The translations under genes and the position numbers were made by a program. From assembly GCA_030390025.1 (NCBI GenBank), contig CM059452.1, positions 17,112,001 through 17,176,000 of the forward strand: a stretch of 64,000 bases of DNA, written 5' to 3'. Shown in pieces: positions 36,622 through 47,900 of this stretch. The first letter of the stretch is position 1. The number at the start of each line of letters is the position of its first letter. Under the pieces are notes generated by a model that was not told the origin of the DNA, did no database searches, and saw only the letters and a program-made list of their open reading frames with translations. Origin of the DNA: Squalus acanthias (lineage: Eukaryota).

Positions 36622-39605
36622 AATGGCAGGGGGTTGGGAACCTGAGCAGGGAGTCAGAGGAAAGGGAAACAAGGATAAAAGCAAAAGATAGGAAGGAGAA
36701 AAACAAAAGTTGCAGTCAGAGAAAACAACGGTTTAAATCAAACATGGCCACAGTAAATACTAATTCTAATAGGTCTAAGAGCGTTAAAAAAACAAGCCTG
36801 AAGGCTTTGTGTCTTAATACAAGGAGCATTCGAACAAGGTGGACGAATTAGCTGCGCAAATAGAGGTAAACGAATATGATTTGATTGGGATTACCGAAAC
36901 ATGGCTCCAGGGTGGCCTAGGCTGGGAACTTAATATCCAAGGGTACTCAATATTCAGGAAAGATAGGCAAAAAGGAAAGGGAGGTGGGGTAGCATTGCTC
37001 GTTAAAGAGGGGATTAACACAATTGAAAGGAAGGGTATTAGCTCTGATGATGTGGAATCTGTATGGGTTTAAATGAGAAATAACAAGGGGCAGAAAACGT
37101 TAGTGGGAGTGATATATAGACCTCCAAACAGTAATGCGGAGGTTGGGGATGGCATTAAAAGGGAAATTAGAGAAGCGTGCAATAAGGGCACAGCAGTCAT
37201 CATGGGTGACTTAAATCTACATATAGATTGGGCTAACCAAATGAGTAACAATACTATGGAGGAGGAATTCCTGGAGTGTTTACGGGACGGTTTCCTGGAC
37301 CAATATGTCGAGGAACCAACCAGAGATCAGGCCATCTTAGACTGGGTATTATGCAATGAGAAAGGATTAATTAGCAATCTTGTTGTGCGAGGCCCCTTGG
37401 GTCGGAGCGATCATAATATGATAGAATTCTTCATTAGGATGGAGAGTGAAGTAGGTGACTCAGAGACTAGGGTCCTGAATTTAAATAAAGGAAACTACGA
37501 TGGTATGAGGTGCGAGTTGGGTAGGATTGATTGGGGAATGTCACTCAAAGGGTTGACGGTGGAGAGGCAATGGCAAACATTCAAACACCGCATGGACGAC
37601 CTACAGAATTTGTTAAACCCAGTTTGGAATAAGAATAAAACAAAAAGGGTAACGGAACCATGGCTAACAAGGGAAATTAGGGATAGCATAAGATCCAAGG
37701 AGAGGGAAATATAAATTGGCCAGAAAAAGCAGTAACCCTGTGGATTGGGAGCAGTTTAAGATTCAACAAAGGAGGAAAAAGGGATTAATTAAGAAGGGGA
37801 AAATAGAATACGAGAGTAAGCTTGCAGGGAACATAAAAACTGACTGTAAAAGCTTTTATAGATATGTGAAGAGAAAACTATTAGTGAAATCAAGCATAGC
37901 TCCCTTGCAGTCAGAATCAGGGGAACTTATAATGGGGAACAAAGAAATGTCAGACCAATGAAATACATATTTTGGTTCTGTCTTCACAAAGGAGGACACA
38001 AATAACCTCCCAGAGATTGTTGGGGAACATAGGGTCTGATGAAAGGGTGGAACTGAAAGAAATCAGTATTTGTAGGGAAATGGTGTTAGGGAAATTGAAC
38101 GGATTGAAGGCCGATAAATCCCCAGGGCCTGATAATCTACATCCTAGGGTACTTAAGGAAGTGGCCCTAGAAATATTAGATGCATAGCTGATCATCTTCC
38201 AACATTCGTTGGAATCTGGAACAGAACCCATGGTTTGGAGGGTAGCTAATGTTACCCCACTATTCAAAAAGGGTGGTAGAGAGAAAACGGGGAATTACAG
38301 ACCGGTAAACCTGACATCGGTAGTGGGGAAAATGCTAGAGTCTATTATAAAATATGTAATAGCTGAGCACTTGAAAAACAGTGACAGGATCGGACAAATT
38401 CAACATGGATTTACAAAAGGTAAATCATGCTTGACTAATCTATTGGAATTTTTTGAGGATGTAACTGGTAAAATAGATAAGGGAGAACCGGTGGATGTGG
38501 TGTATTTGGTCTTCCAAAAGGCTTTTGATAAGGTCCCGCATAAGAGATTAGCGTGCAAAGTGAAGGCACATGGGATTGGGGGCAAGGTATTGACTTGGAT
38601 GGAGAACTGGTTGGCAAACAGAAAGCAAAGAGTTGCAATAAACGGGTCTTTTTCCGAGTGGCAGGATGTGACTAGTGGGCTACCGCAGGGAACGGTCCTT
38701 GGACCCCAGCTATTCACAACATATATTAATGTTCTAGACAAGGGAACTAGATGTAATATCTCCAAGTTTGTAGACGACACAAAACTGGGTGGGCGTATGT
38801 GCTGCGAGGAGGATGCCGAGAAACTCCAGGATGATTTGGACAGTTTGGGTGATTGGGCAGAAGCGTGGCAGATGCAATATAACGTGGATAAATGCGAGGT
38901 TATCCACTTTGGTGTCAAAAACAGAAAGGCAGATTATTATCTGAATGGCAATAGATTGGGAGAAGGGGAAGTGCAACGAGACCTGGGTGTCCTTGTGCAC
39001 CAGTCGCTGAACGTAAGCATGCAGGTGCAGCAGGCGGTTAAGAAGGCAAATGGTATCTGGCCTTCATAGCGAGGGGGTTTGAGTACAGGAATAACGATGT
39101 CTTGCTGCAGTTGTACAGGTCCTTGGTGAGACCACACCTTGAGTACTGTGTGCAGTTTTTGTCGCCTTATCTGAGGAAGGATGTTCTTGCCATGGAAGGA
39201 GTTCAGCGAAGATTCACAAGGCTGATACCTGGGATGGCAGGAATGACGTATGAAGAAAGATTGGGTCGATTGGGCTTATACTCGCTGGAGTTTAGAAGAA
39301 TGAGAGGGCATATCATTGAAACTTATAAAATTCGGACAGGACAGGACAAACTAGATGCAGGAAGGATGTTCCCGATGGTCGGGGAGTCCAGAACCAGGGG
39401 TCACAGTCTAAGGATAAGGGGTAAGACATTTAGGACAGAAATGAGGAGGAATTTCTTCACCCAGAGAGTGGTGAACCTGTGGAATTCTCTGCCACAGAAG
39501 GCAGTAGAGGCCAATTCATAAAATAGATTCAAGAAGGAGTTGGATATATTTCTTAAGGCTAAAGGGATCAAGGGTTATAGGGATTAAGCAGGGACAGGGT
39601 ACTGA
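36622..39605 (+). pseudogene. CR1 ORF2 (APE endonuclease + reverse transcriptase), disrupted
   Basis: ITETW, GVIYRPP, MGDLN, LDWV and SDH (APE); NYRPV, QHGF, PQGTVLGP and FVDDTK (RT). Several stops and frameshifts. Confidence 0.93.
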
Positions 39606-40009
39606 ATTTGGATGATCAGCCATGATCGCATTGAATGGCGGAGCAGGCTAGAGGCGCCGAATGGCCTACTCCTGCTCCTATCTTCTATGATTCTATGATT
39701 CTATGAAAGACCATATATGAACACTGGCCAAACCAAGTTTTGATAAGAAATGGGTTAAAACCTTGATACTCGATAAACAACTTTACACAGACATTACTGC
39801 GAGAACAAAGGAACAGACTGAAGACTACGTCATCTGTGTCCGAGAGGTTCGAGAGACCAAGGGCTGCGAGTTACTCGTTAAACTATCGCCTGTTGTTCAG
39901 TCTATAACATTGTAAGCTTAATAAACTTCTGATCTATTGCGCAAACATACAGGTCGCCGCCTATTGGTATCTTGTCCAAGAACTCAGAGATCATTAACAT
40001 CTTGCAGAA

Positions 40010-41006
40010 GTGTGCAGAGGGGTCCCCAAGCGTTGTTATTGGGACCACTGCTTTTCTTGTTATATATTAGTGGACTGGATTTGGATATAGCGAATACAAT
40101 TTGGAGTCTTGCAGATGATACACAACTTGGCAACGTAGTAAATAGTGGGCATGATAGTTGCAGACATCAGGAGGACATAAACAGACTGGTGAAATGAGCA
40201 GACACATGACAGATGCAATTTAATGCTGAAAGTGTGAAGTGGTGCACTTAAGGAGAAACAACAGAGAGAGGAAGTATAAACTAAATTATACTGGTTTGAC
40301 GGATTGCAGGAATGGGGGACAAATCTTTGAAGGTGGCAGGGTAAGTTGACAAGGCGGTTAAGAAAGTGTAAGGGATAATTGGCTTTGTAAATAGTGGCTT
40401 TGATTGAAAAAAAATAAGTCATGCTAAACCTTTAGAAATCTCTGGTTAGTCCTCAGCGGGCGTAATGTGTACAACTCTGGACCCCACACGATCGGAAGGA
40501 TGCCAAGGCCCTGCAGAGGGTACAGAGGAGATTTAATAGGATGATGACATGGATGAGGAAGCTCAATTATGCGGACAGATTGCAGAATCTGGGATTGTTC
40601 TCCTTAAACCACTGGAGGTTAAGAGGAGATATAATAGATATTCAAAATGATGAGGGTTTTTGATAGAGCAAGATGGGAGAAACTATTTCCTGTGGCTAGT
40701 GGGTCGGGAATCGAAGGTCATAGATTTAAAATAATTGGCAAAAGAACTGAGCAGACATGTCCTCACACAGAGGGTTGTTAAGATCTGGAACGCACTGCCT
40801 GAAAGGGTGGTGGAATCAGATTCCATGGGAACTTTTAAAAGGCAATTGGACCTGTACTTGGAGAGGACTAATTTGCAGGTTTATGGGTAAAAAGCTGGGA
40901 AGTGGGATTAAATTAGACAGCACTTTTCACTGAGCCAGCGCAGGCGTGAGGCGGAGCAGGGCTTTCATTGTGCTGTAAGAGTCTATCCTTCTATGATTCT
41001 ATTCTA
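40010..41006 (+). mobile_element. Decayed 5'-truncated CR1 LINE
   Basis: GPQALLLGPLLFLLYI...LADDTQL; CR1 3' end and ctatgattctattcta tail. Confidence 0.88.
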
Positions 41007-41214
41007 CCCCGAACACCCCTTTATCTTCTAATATAATTATAAAATATTTCTCTGCTCATCTTGCTAACCCTCGCAAGTTTCTTTCCCTCATCCCTTTTTG
41101 CAGCTCTTACCATCTGTTATGTTTTACCTTTGTTGTTCTTTATACCGATCCCAGTCCCCTTGATTTGCATTATTCTCTGCATCTTTATGGGCTCTCCGCA
41201 GAATTGATTCGGGT

Positions 41215-41900
41215 CCCTGGGAAAAGAACGGGTGAGTGGGATGAGTTTGGGTTTGATACGGGAATATGAGGAGAAAGTGGGGCCGTGAAATTAGTGCGGA
41301 ATTGATACAGGCCTGCGAGAAGAAAGCGGGTCATTGGGAGAAGTTTGGGTTTGATAGAGGGTAATAGTGAGAGAGTGAGGCAATGGAATTAATTTTGGAT
41401 TGATGCATGACAATGGAGACAGCGGAAAGTGGGACTATTTTTGGATCTTTACAGGGCTATGGGGAGAGCGACATAATGGGAATCGTTTAAGAATGCAGCA
41501 GGGCTATGGGGGAGATAGCGGGTAGTAGAATTCGAATTAGCTTGAGACAAGACCATGGGGGAAGAGCGTAGCTGTGGTATTAGTATTGGATTACAGCATT
41601 GGGAGAGAAAGAGGCAATGGGCTTAGTTTTGGATTGAAAGAGGGCTATGGAAAAGGCACAGCAGTGGGATTGGTTAATGATTCATAAAGACTATGGGGCG
41701 AGAGCTGGTCAGTGGTATTAATTGAGGATTGATGTCGGGATATAGGGAGAGAGTGGGCAGTGCGATTCGTGCTGACTTGATACAGGGCTATGGCGACAGA
41801 GTAACGCAGTGAGGTTAATTTAAAAAATCCTACTGGGCTATGGGGAGAGAGAGAAGGGTGGTGGGATTAGGATGGGATATTTGCAGCGCTATCAAGAAAG
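41215..41900 (+). repeat. Degenerate edge monomers of the 49-bp satellite
   Basis: ~49-bp periodic cagggctatggggagag...gtgggatt units, highly diverged. Confidence 0.8.
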
Positions 41901-44900
41901 CGGGGTAGTGGGATTGTTTTAGGAATGGAGCAGGGCTAGGAGGAGAGAGCGGTGCAGTAGAATTCGTTTGGAAATGGAGTAGGGCTATGAGGAGAGAGCG
42001 GGGCAGTGGGATTGATTTAGGAATGGAGCAGGGATAGGAGGAGAGAGCGGGGCAATGGGATGGTTTGGGAATGGAGCCCGGCTAGGAGGAGAGAGCGGGG
42101 CAGTGGTATTTGTTTAGGATTGGCGCAGTACTGGGAGGAGAAAGCGGGGCAGTGGGATTGGTTTGGCAATGAAGCAGGGCTAGGAGGAGAGAGCGGGGCA
42201 GTGGGATTGGTTTGGGAATGGAGCAGGGCTAGGAGGAGAGAGCGGGGCAGTGTGATTGGTTTAGGAATGGAGCAGGGATAGCAGGTATATGCGGAGCAGT
42301 GGGATTGGTTTAGGAATGGATAAGTGCTAGGATGAGATAGAGGGGCAGTGGGATTGGTTTAGGAATGGAGCATGGCTAGGAGTCGATAGCGGGGCAGTGA
42401 GATAGGTTTTGGAATGGAGCAGGGCTACGAGGACAGAGTGGGAAAGTGGGATTTATTTAGGATGGAGTAAGGCTAGGAGGAGAGAGCGGGGCAGTGGGAT
42501 TGGTTTAGGAATGGAGCAGGGCTAGGAGGAGTGAGCGGAAAAGTGGGATTAGTTTAGGATGGGGTAAGGCTAGGAGGAGAGAGTGGGACAGTGGGATTGG
42601 TTTAGGAATGGAGCAGGGAGGGGGGAGAGAGCGGGGCAGTGGGATTGGTTTAGGAATGGAGCAGGACTAGGAGGAGAGAGCGGGGCAGTGGATAGGTTTA
42701 GGAATGGAGCAGGGCTATTAGGAGAGGGCGGGCAGGGGGATTGGTTTAGGAATGGAGCAGATCTATGAGTAGAGAGCGGGGAAGTGGGATTGGTGTAGGA
42801 ATGGAACAGTCCAGGAGGAGAGAGCGGGGCAGTGGGATTTATTTTGGAATGGAGCAGGGCTAGGAGGATGTAGCTGGGCAGTGGGATTGGTTTAGGAATG
42901 GAGCAGGGCTAGGAGGAGAGAGCGTGGCAGTGGGATTGGTTTAAGAATTGAGCAGGGCATGGAGGAGAGAGCTGGGCAGTGGTATTAGTTTAGGAATGGA
43001 GCTGGGCTAGTTGGAGAGAGTGGGGAAGTGGGATTGGTTGGGGAATGGAGCAGGGCTAGGAGGAGAGAGCGGGGCAGTGGGATTGTTGTAGCAATGGAGC
43101 AGGGCTAGGAGGAGAGAGCGGGTCAGTGGGATTAGTTTAGGAATGGAGCAGGGCTATGAGAAGTGAGCGGGGCAGTGGGATTTGTTGGGGCATGGAGCAG
43201 GGCTGGAGGCGACAGCGGGACAGTGGGTTTGGTTTAGGAATGGAGCAGGTCTAGGCGGAGAGAGCGGGGCAGTGGCATTGGTTTGGGAATGGAGCAGGGC
43301 TAGGAGGATAGAGCAGGGCATTGGGATTGGTTTAGAAATGGAGCAGGGCTTGGAGGAGAGAGCGGGCAGTGGGATTGTTTTGGAAATTCATCAGGGCTAG
43401 GTGGAGGGAGCGGGACAGTGGGATTGGTTCAGGAATGGGTCAGGGCTAGGAGGAGACAGCGGGGTAGAGGCATTGATTTAGGAATGGAGGAGGGCTAGGA
43501 GGATAGAGCCTTCCAGTGGGATTGATTTAGGAATGTAGCAGGGGTAGGAGGAGAGAGCGGGGCAGTGGGATTGGTTGGGGAATGGAGCAGGGCTAGGAGG
43601 AGAGAGAGGGGCAGTGGGATTAGTTTAGGAATGGAGCAGAGCTAGGATCAGAGAGCGGGGCAGTGGGATTGTTGTAGGAATGGAGAAGGGCTAGGAGGAG
43701 AGAGCGGTGTAGTGATATTGATTTAGGAATGGAGCTAACCACTATGCCACCAGGGCTAGGAGGAGTGAGCCGGATAGTGGGCATGGTTTAAGAATGGAGC
43801 AGGGCTGGGAGGAGAGAGCGGACAGTGTGATTGAGTTAGGAATCGAGCAGGGCTAGGAGGGGAGAGCGTGGCAGTGGGATTGGATTAGGAATGGAGCAGG
43901 GCTAGGAGCCGAGAGCTGGGCAGTGGGATTGGATTGGGAATGGAGCAGGGCTAGAAGGAGAGAGCGGGGCAGAGGGATTTGTTTAGGAAAGCTGCAGGGC
44001 TAGGAGGAGAGAGCTGGGCAGTGGGATTGGTTTAGGAAAGCTGCAGGGCTAGGAGGAGAGAGCGGGGCAGTGGGATTGGTTTAGTAATGGAGAAGTGCTA
44101 GGAGGAGGGAGCGGGAAAGTGGGATATGTTTAGGAATGGAGCAGGGCTAGGAGGAGCGAGTGGGACAGTGGGATTGGTTGAGGAATGGAGAAGGGCTAGG
44201 AGGAGAGAGCGTGGCAGTGGGATTGGTTGAGGAGTGGAGCAGGGCTAGGAGGAGAGAGCGGGGCAGTGGGATTGGTTGAGGAATGGAGCAGGGCTAGGAG
44301 GAGACAGACGGGCAGTGCGATTGGATTAGGAATGGAGCAGGGCTAAGAGGATATAGCGGGGAATGTGCGATTTGTTGGGGAATGGAGCAGGACTAGGAGG
44401 AAAGAGTGGGGCAGTGGGATTGGTTGACGAATGCAGCACGGCTAGGAGGAGAGAGCGGGGCAGTGGGATAAGTTGGGGAATGGAGCAGGGCTAGGAGGAG
44501 AGAGCGGGGCTGTGGGACATGTTGGGGAATGGAGCAGGGCTAGGAGGAGAGAGCGTGCAATGGGATTTGTTGGGGAATGGAGCAGGGCTAGGAGGAGAGA
44601 GCTTTGCAGTGGGATTAGTTTAGGAATGGTGCAGGGCTTGGAGGAGAGAGCGGGGCAGTTTTATTTGTTGGGGAATGGAGCAGGGCTAGGAGGCGACAGC
44701 CGGACAGAGGGCTTGGTTTGTGAATGGAGCAGGGCTAGGAGGATAAAGCGGGGCAGTGGGATTAGTTTAGGAATGGAGCAGGGCTAGGAGGAGAGAGCGG
44801 GGCAGTGGTATTTGTTGGGGAATTGATCAGGGCTAGGAGAAGAGACGGGGCAGTGGGATTCTTTTGGGAATGGAGCAGGGCTAGGAAGAGAACGGGGCAG

Positions 44901-47900
44901 TGGGATTGATTTTGGAATGGCGCAGTACTAAGAGGTGAGAGCGGGGCAGTGGGATTGGTTTGGGAATGGAGCAGGGCTAGCTGGAGAGAGGGGGTCAGTG
45001 GGATTGGTTTAGGAATGGAACAGGGCTAGAAGGAGAGAGCGGGTCCGTGGGATTGGTTTAGGAATGGAACAGGGCGAGGAGCAGAGGGCGGGGAAGCGGG
45101 ATTGGTTTAGTAATGGAGCAGGGCTCGGAGGAGAGAGCGGGGCAGGGATTGGTTTTGGATTGGAGCAGGGCTAGGAGAAGAGAGCGGGGCAGTCGGATTG
45201 GTTTTGGAATGGAGCAGGGCTAGGAGAAGAGAGCGGGGCAGTGTGACTGGTATAGGAATGGAGCAGGGCTAGGAGCAGAGAGCGGGACAGTGGGATTAGT
45301 TTAGGAATGGAGCAGTGCTATATGGAGAGAGCTGGGTAGTGGGATTGGTTGGGGAAGTGAGCCAGTCTGGGAGGAGAGCGCGGGTCTGTGGGTTTGGTTG
45401 GGGTGTCAAGCAGGGCTTGGAGGTGAGAGCGGGGCAGTGGGATTGGTTTAGGAATGGAGCAGGGCTAGGAGGATATAGCGGGGCATGTGGGATTGGTTGC
45501 GAAATTGAGCAGGACTAGGAGGAGAGTGTGGGGTAGTGGGATTGGTTGAAGAATGCAGCACGGCTAGGAGGAGAGACCGGGGCAGTGGGACATGTTGGGG
45601 AATGGAGCAGGGCAAGGAGGAGAGAGCGGGGCAGTGGGATTGGTTGGGGAGTCGAGCAGGGCTAGGAGGAGAGAGCGGGACAGTGGAATTGGTTTAGGAA
45701 TGGAGCAAGCTTAGGAGGAGAGAGTGGGGCAGTGGGATTGGTTTGGGAATGTTGTAGGGCTGGGAGGAGAGAGCGGGGCAGTGCGATTCTTTTGGGAATG
45801 GAGCAGGGCTGGTTAGAGAGTGGGGCAGTGGGATTGGATTAGGAATGGAGAGGGGCTAGGAGGAGAGAGCGGGGCAGTGGGATTGGATTAGGAATGGACC
45901 AGGGCTTAGTAGAGAGAGCGGGGAATTGGAATTAGTTTAGGAATGGAGCAGGTCTAAGAGGAGAGAGCGGGGCAGTTGGATTTTTGGGGGAATGCAGCAC
46001 GGCTAGGAGGAGAGAGCGTGCAATGGGATTTGTTGGGGAATGGAGCAGGGCTAGGAGGAGAGAGCGGGGAAGTGGGATTGGTTTGGGAATGTTGTAGGGC
46101 TGGGAGGAGAGAGCGGGGCAGTGCGATTCTTTTGGGAATGGAGCAGGGCTGGTTAGAGAGTGGGGCAGTGGGATTGGATTAGGAATGGAGAGGGGCTAGG
46201 AGGAGAGAGCGGGGCAGTGGGATTGGATTAGGAATGGACCAGGGCTTAGTAGAGAGAGCGGGGAATTGGAATTAGTTTAGGAATGGAGCAGGTCTAAGAG
46301 GAGAGAGCGGGGCAGTTGGATTTTTGGGGGAATGCAGCACGGCTAGGAGGAGGGAGCGTGCAATGGGATTTGTTGGGGAATGGAGCAGGGCGAGGAGGAG
46401 AGAGCGTTGCAGTGGGATTGGTTTAGGAATGGAGCAGGGGTCGGAGGAGAGAGCGGGGCAGTGCGATTCTTTTGGGAATGGAGCAGGGCTGGTTAGAGAG
46501 TGGGGCAGTGGGATTGGCTTAGGAATGGAGAGGGGCTAGGAGGAGAGAGCGGGGCAGTGGGATTGGATTAGGAATGGATCAGGGCTAAGTAGAGAGAGCG
46601 GGGAATTGAAATTAGTTTAGGAATGGAGCAGGTCTAAGGGGAGAGAGCGGGGCAGTTGGATTTTTGGGGGAATGGAACAGGGCTTGGAGGAGAGAGCGTG
46701 GCAGTTGGATTGGTTGGGGAGTCGAGCAGGGCTAGGAGGAGAGAGCGGGAAAGTGGGATTGGTGTAGGAATGGAGCAAGCTTAGGAGGAGAGAGTGAGGC
46801 AGTGGGATTGGTTTGGGAATGTTGCAGGGCTGGGAGGAGAGAGCGGGGCAGTGCGATTCTTTTGTGAATGGAGCAGGGCTGAGTAGAGAGTGGGGCAGTG
46901 GGATTGGTTTAGGAATGGAGAGGGGCTAGGAGGAGAGAGCGGGGCAGTGGGATTGGATTAGGAATGGACCAGGGCTTAGTAGAGTGAGCGGGGAATTGGA
47001 ATTAGTTTAGGAATGGAGCATGTCTAAGAGGAGAGAGCGGGGCAGTTGGATTTTTGGGGGAATGGAGCACGGCTAGGAGGAGCTAGCGTGCAAAGGCATT
47101 TGTTGGGGAATGGAGCAGGGCTAGGAGGAGAGAGCGGGGCAGTGGGATTAGATTAGGAATGGAGCAGGGCTAGGAGGAGAGAGCGGGGAAATGTGATTGC
47201 TTTAGGAATGGAGCAGGGCTGGGAGGAGAGAGCGGGCAGTGTGATTGGTTTAGGAATGGAGCAGGTCTAGGAGGGGTGAGCGTGGCAGTGGGATTGGATT
47301 AGGAATGGAGCAGGGCTGGGAGGAGAGAGCGGGGCAGTGGGATTGGTTTAGGAATGGAGCAGGGCAAGGAGGAGAGAGCGGGGCACTGGGATGGGTTGAG
47401 GAATAGAGCAGGGCTAGGATGAGAGAGCGTGGCAGTGGGATTGCTTTAGGAATGGAGCAGGGCTTGGAGGAGAGAGCTGGGCAGTGGGATTGGATTTGGA
47501 ATGGAGCAGGGCTAGGAGGAGAGAGCTGGGCAGTCGGATTGGTTGAGGAATGGAGCAGGGCTGGGTGGTGAGTGCGGGGCAGTGGGATTGTATGCGGAAT
47601 GGAGCAGGGCTCGGAGGAGAGAGCGGGGCAGTGAGATTGGTTTAGGAATGGAGCAGGGCTAGGAGGAGAGAGCGGGTCCGTGGGATTGGTTTAGGAATGG
47701 AGCAGGGCTCGGAGGAGAGAGCGGGGCAATGGGATTGGTTTAGGAAAGGAGAAGGGCTAGAAGGAGAGAGCGGGTCCGTGGGATTGGTTTAGGAATGGAA
47801 CAGGGACAGGAGCAGAGGGCGGGGAAGCGGGATTGGTTTAGTAATGGAGCAGGGCTCGGAGGAGAGAGCGGGGCAGTGCGATTCTTTTGGGAACGGAGCA

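Larger units (their letters stand above)
35345..39706 (+). mobile_element. Near-full-length decayed CR1 LINE (5' UTR, ORF1, ORF2, 3' UTR)
   Basis: GC-rich 5' UTR, ORF1 and ORF2 remnants in order, tail (TTCTATGA)3 at ~39682-39706. Confidence 0.95.
34818..39999 (+). mobile_element. Possible solo LTR (~0.8 kb) split by the long CR1
   Basis: TG...CA ends flanked by TCTTG at 34813-34817 and 40000-40004; AATAAA at 39920-39925 near the 3' end. Confidence 0.35.

Noticed and set aside
35649-39137. Long minus-strand ORFs (e.g. 35649-36296, 38400-38918)
   Set aside because: They are antisense shadows of CR1 ORF1 and ORF2.
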